From: Eledone cirrhosa
Lineage: Eukaryota
DNA: 64,000 nt
Assembly: GCA_964016885.1 (NCBI GenBank)
Contig: OZ024766.1
Location: forward strand, 5,580,001 to 5,644,000
Direction: 5' to 3'
The notes under the pieces were generated by a model that saw nothing but the letters and a program-made list of their open reading frames with translations, made no database searches and was not told the origin of the DNA. Position numbers and translations under genes: made by a program. Of this stretch, positions 13,741-26,654 are shown piece after piece. Positions within the stretch are counted from its first letter, which is position 1, and each line of letters opens with the position of its first letter.

Positions 13741-14042
13741 TTATAATATATAACCAGCAATTTCTGTCTGTCCGACAGTGGAAACACGTGCGCGCGTGGT
13801 TGCTATCTCTCTCCAGCTATCCCTCTCTTTTAGTCTGTCTGTTTCTCTCACTCTCACTCTTTGTAACACACTAACATTCCTCCCCTCTATCGCTGTGACG
13901 AATGGGGAGGAGGAAGAGAGAGTCACTTCGTCACTTCACCTCTGCCTTTCTTTCTCTCCCCTCTCACTCCCTGTCGTCGACCACTGATTCCAACAACCAG
14001 CGTTCTAGGCCAGCACGTGACACCTGCGTTCCCAGCCATGGC

Positions 14043-14325
14043 AATTCTCAGACCGGGTGATGTGTTGTTTCCTTGAGCAAGACACTTTATTTCACATTGC
14101 TCCAGTTTACTCAGCTGTAGAAATGAGATGATAGGGACTGGGGTCCCTATCATTCCACTGCAAAGTGGTCGTGGAGGTGCCACGGCAAAAAAGCACCCAG
14201 CACTCACTATAAATGAGGTTGGTGTTAGGAAGGGCATCCAGCTGTAGAAATCAAGCCAGAATCAGTTCCCGTCCCACCCTTGCAAGCAGGGAAATGTGGA
14301 AGTAAAATGAAATGATGATAATGAT
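14043..14325 (+). mobile_element. 5'-truncated CORE-like SINE
   Basis: Near-identical to 17556-17900 from the B box onward. Confidence 0.8.
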
Positions 14326-15388
14326 ACTATTGTATTTTCACAGTAACAGTTTTATGTTACATAATACCTCACATAACATTTACATTACTCTATATATACT
14401 ATTGTATTTTCACAGTAAAGGTTTTATCTTACATAATATCCCACATAACATTTACATTACTCTATGTATACTATTGTATTGTCACACTAAAGGCTTTACC
14501 TCACATAATACCTCACATAACATTTACATTACTCTATATATACTATTGTATTGTCACAGTAAAGGCCTTACCTCACATAATATCCCACATAACATTTACA
14601 TTACTCTATATATACTCTTGTATTTTCACAGTAAAGGCTTTACCTCACATAATATCTCACATAACATTTACATTACTCTATATATACTATTGTATTGTCA
14701 CAGTAAAGGCTTTACCTCACATAATATCTCACATAACATTTACATTACTCTATATATATACTATTGTATTTTCACAGTAAAGGCTTTACCTCACATAATA
14801 TCTCACATAACATTTACATTACTCTATATATACTATTGTATTGTCACAGTAAAGGCTTTACCTCACATAATATCTCACATAACATTTACATTACTCTATA
14901 TATACTATTGTATTGTCACAGTAAAGGCTTTACCTCACATAATATCTCACATAACATTTACATTACTCTATATATACTATTGTATTTTCACAGTAAAGGC
15001 TTTACCTCACATAATATCTCACATAACATTTACATTACTCTATATATACTATTGTATTGTCACAGTAAAGGCTTTACCTCACATAATATCTCACATAACA
15101 TTTACATTACTCTATATATACTATTGTATTTTCACAGTAAAGGTTTTATCTTACATAATTACCTCACATAACATTTACATTACTCTATATATACTATTAT
15201 ATTGTCACAGTAAAGGCTTTACCTCACATAATACCTCACATAACATTTACCTTACTCTATATATACTATTGTATTGTCACAGTAAAGGTTTTATCTCACA
15301 TAATACCTCACATAACATTTACCTTACTCTATATATACTATTGTATTGTCACAGTAAAGGTTTTATCTTACATAATTACCTCACATAA
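14325..15388 (+). repeat. 72-bp satellite array (~14 copies)
   Basis: Unit cacagtaaaggctttacctcacataatatctcacataacatttacattactctatatatactattgtatttt. Confidence 0.92.
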
Positions 15389-15619
15389 TATTGAATTTAT
15401 GAAATTTTGTTATTTATTTCAAGAACAATACTTTAACGTCAGTATGAATGACCAGTTACGGCTGGTTTGAACTGAAAGAGGTGAGAGAATTCTGGCCGGA
15501 TACAGTTGGTTTGAATGTTAAAGGGTTAAATATACAAGGTGTCCCAAAATTAAGTAGACAAATATATATATATATATATATAAAATGTTTCAGTGATTTT
15601 TGGGACACTTTGTGTGTGT

Positions 15620-16640
15620 ATCATCATCATCATCATCAACGTTTAACGTCCGTGTTCCACGCTTGCATGGGTTTGGACGGGGGTAGTCCCACTTGAGGCA
15701 AGAGTGATTGTCTTGCTCGCATAGGACTGTCTGGCAGGTTTTCTACAGTTGGATGCCCTTCCTAACACCAACCACATTTACAGTGTGGGTCTGGGAGGTT
15801 TTTACCGTGTTGCCTACACGGCCACATTACAGCGTGGACTGTGTGTTTTTTTGTCGTGACACCTACACGATCTCATTTGTTTCGGCCTCGATGGCGCGGC
15901 ACCAACATAACTTTACATAGAACGGGGTGGTGTGGATCGGGTGGGGGTGGTGGTGTATTTTGTTAGAGATGCCTACTGGCTGGAGTAGGTTTTACTATAT
16001 ATTTAGGTAAGGCGGGTCTTCTCTGTTACTGAGTACCGCCAAAGGTCTCGGTCCAGTGACATTGTCTTGGAGAGGTGTAAGTGTGTGATGTCGGAGTTTA
16101 TCAGCTCGTCCCAGGTTTTTCTAGGTCTGCCTATTCCGTGACTACCGTCTATCTTTATTGCCCTGCACTTTGTTATACAGCTATCGACTTTCATGCGCAT
16201 CACGTGACCGTACCAACGTAGCCTTCTCTCGAGTAAACAACATCTGATCCCTCTTATCTCTAATTTTTTCCTTAGTTCGTTTATGCTTTGCCGTTCACGT
16301 ATATTACTGTTACACATCCAGCGGAGCATGCAAGCTTCGTTCCTCTCTAGTCTGCGTATATCCTCTGCACACAATGCCCAGGTCTCACTGCCATGCAGCA
16401 TTGCTGTTCGTATGCAGGCATCGTACAACCTGCCTTTCATTTTTAGTGAGAACCCTTTAGCAGCTAATAGTGGTATAAGCTCTCTGAACTTTTTCCAACC
16501 AGTTCTGACTCTAGCTACAGTACTTTCAGAGCACCCTCCCCCACTGCTGATTTTATCGCCCAGGTAACGGAAGCTGTCCACTATTTCTATAGAACCCTCT
16601 GCGCAATTGAAAGAGCTAGTAGTTTGTGGGCACTTGCTGC
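15620..16640 (-). mobile_element. RTE-clade LINE 3' fragment with long 3'UTR
   Basis: FRYLG...LYDACIRTAMLHGSETW...LRWYGHVMRM...GRPRKTW; the UTR carries 48-bp units and an (atg)n tail; a sister copy lies at 61135-62880. Confidence 0.85.
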
Positions 16641-16681
16641 TACTTATTGCACCAGAGCACCGGCCACATGTAAAATCTGTG

Positions 16682-16723
<42 letters not shown>

Positions 16724-16729
<6 letters not shown>

Positions 16730-17475
16730 CGCTGCCATGTCCTGGGTCTCCAACAGACCAGTGTCTGTCCTTAGGGCATCAACATATGTTAACCTCAGTC
16801 TCCCTCTTCCAGTGTGTCCATACAGGGGCTCCCACAGGAGCACTGAGTGCAATGTCAACTCTGGATGTCGGTGAGCATGTCCAGCTAACCTCACTCTCCT
16901 CTGTGTCACTTTTGAGCTGACGTTTGGGAGGCTCCCGTACAGCTCTGAGTTCTTCATCCTCAGTGTATACTGATTAATGTTCAGAGCCATCCTCAGCATT
17001 CTCGTGTAGCACCCATCCACCATCTGAGTGAGTTTCTTGGTCAGTGTCCAAGTCTCAGACCCATACAGCAGCACAGACTCCACTACAGCAATGAAGAGGC
17101 GGATTTTCAGGTCTTTACGAAGGTCCAACTTCAACACCGATCTCAAACTGTGGCACGCATCTTCCATATTCCCAATCTTTGCTCCCAAATACAGGAAGTC
17201 CTCAACCAATTCTAGCAGCTTCCCGCTTACATTAGTAATCTTCTCTGGCTTCTTAATATTCTCTACCAGATATTTCGTCTTAATCTGATTCATTCTCAGC
17301 CCCACACTCATCGACACAGTCTCAACCTCCTGCATAAAATCCTCTGCCTCCTTCACTGTGTTTGTCACCAGAACTATGTCTCTTGGAGACGCAGGACATG
17401 GCAGCGATAATGAGGGATAGAGACCGCTGGAGAGAACTTGTCCATGGATCTCGGGAATTTTACTTGCCCTAGATA
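16724..17475 (-). mobile_element. RTE/RTEX-like LINE fragment with an inverted 3' piece
   Basis: FLYLG, VESVLLYGSETW, LAGHAHRHPE on the minus strand; the C-terminus LLETQDMAAIMRDRDRWRELV is on the plus strand at 17376-17475. Confidence 0.8.
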
Positions 17476-17555
17476 TATCAGAAGAAAGGATTTATGTGTG
17501 TGTCTCTGTGTGTATATACTTATGTGTGTGTGCATGTATATATATATATATATAT

Positions 17556-17900
17556 GGAGGCACATGGCTTAGTGGTTAGAGCATTGGCCTTGCAATCGAA
17601 AGGTTGTGAGTTCAATTCTCAGACCAGGCGATGTGTTGTTTCCTTGAGCAAGACACTTTATTTCACATTGCTCCAGTTTACTCAGCTGTAGAAATGAGAT
17701 GATAGGGACTGGGGTCCATATCATTCCACTGTAAAGTGGTCGTGGAGGTGCCACGGCAAGAAAGCACCCAGCCCTCACTGTAAATGAGGTTGGTGTTAGG
17801 AAGGGCATCCAGCTGTAGAAATCAAGCCAGAATCAGTTCCCGTCCCACCCTTGCAAGCAGGGAAAAGCGGACATAAAATGAAATGAAAAATGAAATGAAA
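17556..17900 (+). mobile_element. Full-length tRNA-derived CORE-like SINE
   Basis: A box 17565-17575, B box 17608-17618, core domain, tail shared with the RTE LINE; other full copies at 18670-19005(-) and 53881-54217(+). Confidence 0.85.
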
Positions 17901-18060
17901 AAAATATATGTATGAATCAATAAATACACCAGGATTTTTTCATTCTTATGATTGAAAGCATTACTGGTACTTTATTTTATCGACCCCGTAAGGATGAAAG
18001 GCAAAGTACACTATAATGATGAGGAACAAGGATTCAGTGTTGCATCATAACATATTTAAT

Positions 18061-18154
18061 AACATATTACCTATGTTTCACAATCTATCAGCTCGAGGCA
18101 AGACCAATTATAGATCAAACCTGACTCTGTAATCGAAAGATCGTCAGATATGCT
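18061..18154 (-). ncRNA. Type I hammerhead motif with long stem II (family C, copy 1)
   Basis: Minus strand: agcatat CTGACGA [~60 nt] GAA ACATAGGT A atatgtt. Confidence 0.6.
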
Positions 18155-18209
18155 TAATATATGAATTTGTCTCCGATTCTGTGTGTTCAAATCTCTAGCT
18201 ATTAACTAT

Positions 18210-18460
18210 CATCATCATCATCATCATTTTACGTCCGCTTTTCCCTGCTTGCAAGGGTGGGACGGGTCTTATTCAGCACAGCATCTCTCCACTCGTCATG
18301 GTCCTTCGTCATCTCCACCGTGAGCTTCAATGATCTGAGGTCTGTTCTCACCACCTTCGCCCATGTTTTTCGTGGTCTACCTCTACCACGTCTTCCTTCA
18401 ACTGGCATTTCCTGGCACTTCTTCACCCATCGGTCATCCTCCATGCGCATCACATGTCCA

Positions 18461-18462
<2 letters not shown>
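18210..18462 (-). mobile_element. RTE LINE extreme 3' end
   Basis: MRMEDDRWVKKC...GRGRPRKTW...KTRPTLASREKRT* followed by (atg)n. Confidence 0.85.
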
Positions 18463-18508
<46 letters not shown>

Positions 18509-20043
18509 TGTGTGTGTGTATCTATATATCATCATTTCATTTTACGTCCGCTTTTTCCCTGTCTCTCTCTCTGTCTATATCACTTTATCTCTCTCTCTCT
18601 CTGTCTGTCTTTCAGTATCTCATTTCTCTCTCGCTCTCCCTCTCACTCTCTATATATATATATATATATATCATCATCATTTTACGTCCGCATTTCCCTG
18701 CTCGCAAGGGTGGGACGGGAACTGATTCTGGCTTGATTTCTACAGCTGGATGCCCTTCCTAACACCAACCTCATTTACAGTGAGTGCTGGGTGCTTTTTT
18801 GCCGTGGCACCTCCACGACCACTTTGCAGTGGAATGATAGGGACCCCAGTCCCTATCATCTCATTTCTACAGCTGAGTAAACTGGAGCAATGTGAAATAA
18901 AGTGTCTTGCTCAAGGAAACAACACATCACCCGGTCTGAGAATTGAACTCACAACCTTTCGATTGCAAGGCCAATGCTCTAACCACTAAGCCATGGGCCT
19001 CCATGTATATGTATATATATGTGTGTATATGATATATATATATGATGGCTGCAAACTCTGCTAAGAGTATTGCAATCACTTGACAGATTATAGTGTTTGG
19101 TGCTCTTTTAGGCTATGGCCAGCCACACGAACCTGTAACATATCCTGAACAAGCAATGCCTTTGCTTTGAAGGATTTTTAAAGTGGTGAAAGTCCTTGCA
19201 CTCGACCAATCCCACTCTCTGAGCATCAAGAACACTACCCAAAAAGGGTAACATCATCGGATGCTTCTGAAGCTGCAGGTTTTGTTCAGTTTTCCTTTCT
19301 TAGAAAAGTGTTGTGACCACAACTGGGGGCCTTTCACTCACAGGTGAAAAAAACTCTGCCGCGTTCCTCCGCCCTTTGCCATTGAGCAAGCCGGCAACCT
19401 GGCCAGTCCGCCACTGCATGTATATATATATATATATATACATAAATGGTGGCTGCCAACTCGTTTTCGAGTACGGCCACTACTTTATATCCATGTAGGA
19501 GGACCCCTACCGATGCGCTGAACAAGTGTGACTTTTTAGTCCAGCCAGCGACTTGAAAACTCTGGTACAAACACTACACCTGTGACAATTATTGACACAT
19601 AGTGCTGGGCCCATGGTACCATGTGACGACAAGTGCAGAGAGATCTCCAGATATAAAGCAATGCCTGTGCCATGAAGCTTTTATAGTGAGCAAAGGCACT
19701 GCACAAAGCCAGTCCCACTCTCTTAACCAAGATGATATTTACCAAAAAGAAGAACAAGTCAACATCATTGGATACCATCAGGGTTGCAGGTGTTATATCA
19801 GAGTTTTCCTTCTCCTAGAATTCTGCCTTGACAAAGGCTAAGGGGTCATCTCTCTCGGTGATTTTGGATGGCCATTGACTCTTAAGAGCTCCTTTGCCCT
19901 TTGACAGGTTTTGTTTTTAGTCCTGCAGGATGTCCAAAGTCACCCTCCTCACCAAGAAACCTTGGTGGGGTTGCCAGTTTAGTCGCCAACGACCCGACCA
20001 TGAGACATATATATATATATACATATATACATACATACATATA

Positions 20044-20440
20044 TAAAGCACAACCGGCCTGATATTGTTGTTTGGGACCACACATTGAAAATGTGTTCTG
20101 TTGTGGAGATCAGCTGCCCACTTGATGTAAACGTTGTAAGAAAAATACAGGAGAAGGAGGACATCTACGGACCATTGATGAGGAGTTTACAAATCCAGTA
20201 TCCAAGATACACCTTTAGCTTCATACCCATCATTATTGGAGCTACAGGTTATATACCAACCCGCTTTGACCAAAGTATGACTGAACTTGGATTTGCGGAC
20301 AAAGAGCGCAGCTCCCTAATTCATAGTCTACAAATGGCTGCGATAGCTGGCACCTTCAAAATTTGCAAAACATTCTTGCGATTCAAGGGATGACAATTTT
20401 TTTTCTTTTACAACATTGCCACCAGGAAGGTGGCCGGTCA
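20044..20440 (+). mobile_element. REL-endonuclease non-LTR retrotransposon 3' end (R4/Dong-like)
   Basis: KHNRPDIVVWD...VVEISCP...EKEDIYGPL...IPIIIGATG, a PD-(D/E)xK-type nuclease signature; flanked by TA-rich microsatellite. Confidence 0.75.
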
Positions 20441-20591
20441 AATAAATATACTCGAAATTAAGAGAAAGAGATAACATATATACATACATACATAAATATA
20501 TACATACATATATACATATATACATACATACATACTTACATACATACATATGCATACATACATATATACATACATACATACATACATATAT

Positions 20592-20622
<31 letters not shown>

Positions 20623-20953
20623 TATATATACACATATACACACACACACACACATATATATATATATTTATGTATTGGTTTTTTCCCTGGATTATACAAA
20701 ATCTGTGGATAAAATTTGTCTTGACTTTTTTTGAATTGAGTTTGAATTATTTTCCCATATCTTACGTTAAATATTTTCCATCTTGACGTAATAGTCACTT
20801 ATATATTATGAAATACTGTTGGCTTCTTGCTCACAATAATTTCTATATTTTCCTTTATATATATATATATAGAATATCCGGGAGCTTCCAACAGAAATGG
20901 TCGGATTCTTTTAAGGGTATGTCAATATTTGTTTATAAAACTGATCTATATTA

Positions 20954-21018
20954 TATTTTATCTGATGAAAGCGCACCATAATTTGCTTTGGCGTCCTTGA
21001 AATATGTATAAGGAAATA
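20954..21018 (+). ncRNA. Decayed type I hammerhead motif (family D)
   Basis: tattttat CTGATGA aagcgcacca...tggcgtcctt GAA ATATGTAT A aggaaata; homologous to the 63210 copy. Confidence 0.5.
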
Positions 21019-21149
21019 AATATGGTTTTATAAATATAGTTTCCATTTGTTAATATATTGTATTTTTACTCCAATAATTTGTTGAGTGCTTTATATCAGT
21101 TACAAAAATATTTTGCTTGTTGTATGCCAACAAATTAAATATAACTTCT

Positions 21150-21188
<39 letters not shown>

Positions 21189-21190
<2 letters not shown>

Positions 21191-21298
21191 AACCAGTAAG
21201 ACCCCGACAGCTGAGCTCAAGCCGTTTCGACGGCTAATTGAGTCCAGAATTAGCCGTCGAAACGGCTTGAGCTCAGCTGTCGGGGTCTTACTGGTTCC
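21189..21298. repeat. Near-perfect ~51-bp-arm palindrome at the 5' end of a dispersed element
   Basis: ggaaccagtaagacccc...gctaatt gagtccag aattagc...ggggtcttactggttcc; related copy at 63355-63470. Confidence 0.85.
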
Positions 21299-21377
21299 TA
21301 TTACCCACTCTACTACCTCAAGTATTGAGTACTTTGGTGCGTTATGGTCCACCTGGTTCCTTACCACATTTCCTTCG

Positions 21378-21417
<40 letters not shown>

Positions 21418-21812
21418 TGCCCCCTCGTTATCGAGTATGGCCATTGCACGATATACCATTATTAATAATTATTAATTAATTAATTAATTAAATCGTGCAA
21501 TGCCTGTGCGTGAAGATATTTTTTAAAGTGAGGAAAGACTGTGCACTGAGCCAATCCCACTCTCTGAGAGACAGTAGCTATAACCTGGAAAGAAGAAAAG
21601 ATCAACATCATCGGTAACTACTGAGCTGCAGGTTTTATATCAGAGTGATCCCAGTTTCCTGAGTTGCCTTCTCCTAGAAGAATGTCCTGACAAGGGCTAG
21701 GGGTCCTTCACTCCCAGTGGTTTAACCGGGTGGTCGGGTGTCCAACCCGACTATTTCTGTCCCCGCGCATACACACATACATACATATATATATACTATA
21801 TATATATACTTC

Positions 21813-21852
<40 letters not shown>

Positions 21853-22176
21853 TTCTCCACATGTATATATATATATATATATTTTAATATAGATGAGATT
21901 CTACAGGACTAGAACTGTTTCATTCTTTAGAAATCACCAGGAATTGATTTCTAAAGAATGAAACAGTTCTAGTGCTGTAGAATCTCATCTATATTAAAAT
22001 TTTTATACTCTGCAATGTATTGAGTACCTTACTTACTGTGGTTACCTCCGATATATATATATATACTTCTCCACGTGTGTATATATATATACTACTTTAA
22101 AATATAATATATACTTCTCCACGTATACATATATATATATATATATTATATATATATATATATATACTACTTTTAT

Positions 22177-22209
<33 letters not shown>

Positions 22210-22539
22210 CTTCTCCACGTGTGTATATATATATATGTATATATATATAAATATATGTATATAAATATATATATATATATTTATATATGTATATATATAT
22301 ACATGTGTATATCAACAATATGCGCGTATATAGAGAAAACATTTGTCTTACCTCTATATAACCTGTAAACCGCTTTAACAACACAACAGCCGTATATGTT
22401 AAGTGACAGCGAGTGTATATACGTATGCATGTATGTATATACATCTATACGACAGGTGTGATAGGTGGAAGGTGTGTGTATGTGTGTATGATTGAGAGAG
22501 AGAGGTAGTCGGCGGGGGTGGGTATTATAGATAACAGGT

Positions 22540-23410
22540 AGATATAGAGAGGGGGAGAGAATATGTTACAGAAATATAGAGAGAGAGGAAAGAGAGAGAG
22601 AGAAGGAGAGGATAGGTTACAGATACAGAGAGGGGGAGAGAATACGTTACAGAAATATAGAGAGGGGGAAAGAGAGAGAGAGAAGGAAATGGATAAGTTA
22701 CAGATATAGAGAGGGGGAGAGAATACGTTACAGAAATATAGAGAGGGGGAAAGAGAGAGAGAGAAGGAGAGGATAGGTTACAGATATAGAGAGGGGGAGA
22801 GAATACGTTACATGTGTATAGAGAGGGGGAGAGAGTACGTTACAGAAATATAGAGAGGGGGAAAGAGAGATAGAGAAGGAGAGGATAGGTTACAGATATA
22901 GAGAGGGGGAGAAGATATATTAGACGTATATAGAGAGGGGTAGAGACACGGAGAAGATATATTAGACGTATATAGAGAGGGTGAAAGACTGAAAAGTAGA
23001 GGACAGACTACAGATATATAGAGAGGGGGGAGAGAGAGAGAAGGGGAGGAGAGGAGTGGTTACATATATAGAGAGGGGGAGAAGATATATTAGACGTATA
23101 TAGAGGGGGAGGACAGAGAAGTAGAGGATCGGTTACAGATATATATAGAGAGGGCGAGAGAATACGTAACTGGTATATAGAGAGGGGGAGAGAATAAGAT
23201 ACTGGTATATAGAGAGGGGATAGAATACATTACAGATATAGAGAGAGGGTGAGAAGGGGAGGATATATTACTGATATATAGAGAGGGGGAGAAGATATAT
23301 TACAGGAATATAGAGAGGGGTAGAAAGAGAGAGAAGGGGAGAATAGGTTTCAGATATAGAGAGAGACAGAGAATACGTTACAGATATATAGAGAGGGGGA
23401 AAGACACCCT
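22540..23410 (+). repeat. Degenerate GA-rich tandem repeat
   Basis: Recurrent gttacagatatagagagggggagag units. Confidence 0.75.
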
Positions 23411-23479
23411 CTTACCCCCTCTCTCTCTCTGTCTCTCCCTCTCTCTATACACCTGTAACGAATTCTCTCCTCCACCCCC

Positions 23480-23544
<65 letters not shown>

Positions 23545-23547
<3 letters not shown>

Positions 23548-25178
23548 CCGAGGCCATAGTATCTAGAATAAGGACGGGTTGAAAGAAGTTTAGGGAGCTG
23601 TTTCCTCTGCTGACGAAGAAGGGTTTCTCCCAGAGTACGAAAGGCCGGTTGTATGATGCCTGTGTGAGGAGCGCGATGCTGCATGGTAGTGAGACTTGGG
23701 CAGCAACTGCAGTGGATATGCAACGGCTGGAGAGAAATGAGACAAGCATGCTCCGTTGGATGTGCAATGTAAATGTGTGTGAACGACCCAGCATGGATGT
23801 GTTGAGAGAGAAACTGTGTCTGAGAGGGATAGAATGTAGTGTACGGGAGAGGAGACTGAGGTGGTATGGACATGTGATGTGTTGAGAGAGAAACTGTGTC
23901 TGAGAGGGATAGAATGTAGTGTACGGGAGAGGAGACTGAGGTGGTATGGACATGTGATGTGTTGAGAGAGAAACTGTGTCTGAGAGGGATAGAATGTAGT
24001 GTACGAGAGAGGAGACTGAGGTGGTATGGACATGTGATGTGTTGAGAGAGAAACTGTGTCTGAGAGGGATAGAATGTAGTGTACGAGAGAGGAGACTGCG
24101 GTGGTATGGACATGTGATGTGTTGAGAGAGAAACTGTGTCTGAGAGGGATAGAATGTAGTGTACGGGAGAGGAGACTGAGGTGGTATGGACATGTGATGT
24201 GTTGAGAGAGAAACTGTGTCTGAGAGGGATAGAATGTAGTGTACGGGAGAGGAGACTGAGGTGGTATGGACATGTGATGTGTTGAGAGAGAAACTGTGTC
24301 TGAGAGGGATAGAATGTAGTGTACGGGAGAGGAGACTGAGGTGGTATGGACATGTGATGTGTTGAGAGAGAAACTGTGTCTGAGAGGGATAGAATGTAGT
24401 GTACGGGAGAGGAGACTGAGGTGGTATAGACATGTGATGTGTTGAGAGAGAAACTGTGTCTGAGAGGGATAGAATGTAGTGTACGGGAGAGGAGACTGAG
24501 GTGGTATAGACATGTGATGTGTTGAGAGAGAAACTGTGTATGAGAGGGATAGAATGTAGTCTGCGGGAGAGGAGACTGAGGTGGTATGGACATGTGATGT
24601 GTTGAGAGAGAAACTGTGTCTGAGAGGGATAGAATGTAGTGTACGGGAGAGGAGACTGAGGTGGTATGGACATGTGATGTGTTGAGAGAGAAACTGTGTC
24701 TGAGAGGGATAGAATGTAGTGTGCGAGAGAGGAGACTGAGGTGGTATGGACATGTGATGTGTTGAGAGAGAAACTGTGTCTGAGAAGGATAGAATGTAGT
24801 CTGCGAGAGAGGAGACTGCGGTGGTATGGACATGTGATGTGTTGAGAGAGAAACTGTGTCTGAGAGGGATAGAATGTAGTGTACGGGAGAGGAGACTGCG
24901 GTGGTATGGACATGTGATGCGCATGGAGGATGACCGATGGGTGAAGAAGTGCCAGGAAATGCCAGTTGAAGGAAGACGTGGTAGAGGTAGACCACGAAAA
25001 ACATGGGCGGAGGTGGTGAGAACAGACCTCAGATCATTGAAGCTCACGGAGGAGATGACGAAGGACCGTGACAAGTGGAGAGATGCTGTGCTGAATAAGA
25101 CCCGTCCCACCCTTGCAAGCAGGGAAAAGCGGACATAAAATGATGATGATAATGATGATGATGATGATGATGATGATA
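23545..25178 (+). mobile_element. RTE LINE 3' fragment with an internal 80-bp segment amplified 14 times (23801-24920)
   Basis: LYDACVRSAMLHGSETW before the array and WYGHVMRMEDDRW...GRPRKTW after it; period exactly 80 bp. Confidence 0.92.
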
Positions 25179-25230
25179 GTTAATAGCTAGAGATTTGAAC
25201 ACACAGAATCGGAGACAAATTCATATATTA

Positions 25231-25324
25231 AGCATATCTGACGATCTTTCGATTACAGAGTCAGGTTTGATCTATAATTGGTCTTGCCTCGAGCTGATAG
25301 ATTGTGAAACATATGTAATATGTT
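25231..25324 (+). ncRNA. Type I hammerhead motif with long stem II (family C, copy 2)
   Basis: agcatat CTGACGA [~60 nt] GAA ACATATGT A atatgtt; 7-bp stem I, palindromic stem III, GUA cleavage triplet. Confidence 0.7.
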
Positions 25325-25653
25325 ATTAAATATGTTATGATGCAACACTGAATCCTTGTTCCTCATCATTGCCATTCTGAGTTCAAATCCCGCCGAGGTT
25401 AACTTTGCCTTTCATCCTTACGGGGTCGATAAAATAAAATACCAGTAATGCACTGGGTAATTGCTGGCCTTGTGCCTAACATAGAAACAATTATAATGTA
25501 CTTTGCCTTTCATCCTTACGGGGTCGATAAAATAAAGTACCAGTAATGCTTTCAATCATAAGAATGAAAAAATCCTGGTGTATTTATTGATTCATACATA
25601 TATATATATTAAGAGAGTAAAACAAAGAAGCCTTCAATACATCAAATGTCTTT

Positions 25654-25698
25654 ATTAGCCGACAATGTTTCGTCCTATTAAGGACTCATCAGGGCAAT
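25654..25698 (-). ncRNA. Canonical minimal type I hammerhead ribozyme (family A)
   Basis: Minus strand: attgcc CTGATGA GTCC ttaata GGAC GAA ACATTGT C ggctaat; full core and GUC cleavage triplet. Confidence 0.85.
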
Positions 25699-26654
25699 TA
25701 AAACAACAAGAAGTAATATCGGCAGATACAAGCCGGAAGCTCGTATCTGCCGATATTATTTAACCCTTATATATATATATATATATACATACATACACAC
25801 ACACATAAGTATATACACACAGAGACACACACATAAATTCTTTTTTCTCACACAACCCCACTCCCCAAACAACAAAATATTTGTAAAGAAAAAACAATTC
25901 ACCTCCAACCCAAACCTGGACCAACCCCACAAACTATATGTTACTACTTAGCTAATGAAAGTGTTAAAAGAAAAACTACATTCCCCCTAATACAGAAATC
26001 TGATATAGAATATATCCTGATGCAAGCCAACAGCAAACCCACCACATATCTCGTAACCACAAAGGAATGTTATTATATGTGTTACGCTGTAATGTGGCCG
26101 TGTAGGTAACATGGTAAAAACCTCCCAGTCCACACTGTAAACGTGGTTGGTATTATGAAGGGCATCCAGCCGTAGAAAACCCGCCAGACGTGTACGTGTC
26201 TCGAAAAAAAAAACACACAGTCCACGCTGTAATGTGGCCATGTAGGAAACACGGTAAAAACCTCCCAGTTCACACTGTAAACGTGGTTGGTGTTAGGAAG
26301 GGCATCCAGCCGTAGAAAACCCGCCAGACAGTCCTATACAAGCAAGAACCAATCTTGCCTCAAGTGGGAAAACTCCCGTCCAAACCCATGCAAGCGTGGA
26401 AGATGGACGTTAAACGATGATGATGATGATGATGATATAAACACGTGGTTAAAATACCTAATAGGCTTCAATGTCCAGCGTGTATATTATTTTATATTTT
26501 ACGATGACCTCCCCTTTCCCTTTTGGGGACAGTGTGAATTTTCTTTTTGAAGGACTACTGGCTTTTCAAATCTAGCTGTCCTTCTAGCTCTGATGGAGAC
26601 CATCACTAATTATTAATATCGGTGTAATTTTTTATATCGATATTGCATGGGGGA

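Noticed and set aside
17556-17630. tRNA-like sequence with A and B boxes
   Set aside because: It is the head of a multi-copy SINE, with no complete cloverleaf or terminator.
23378-25110. Three ~510-aa minus-strand ORFs
   Set aside because: Antisense readings of the 80-bp array.
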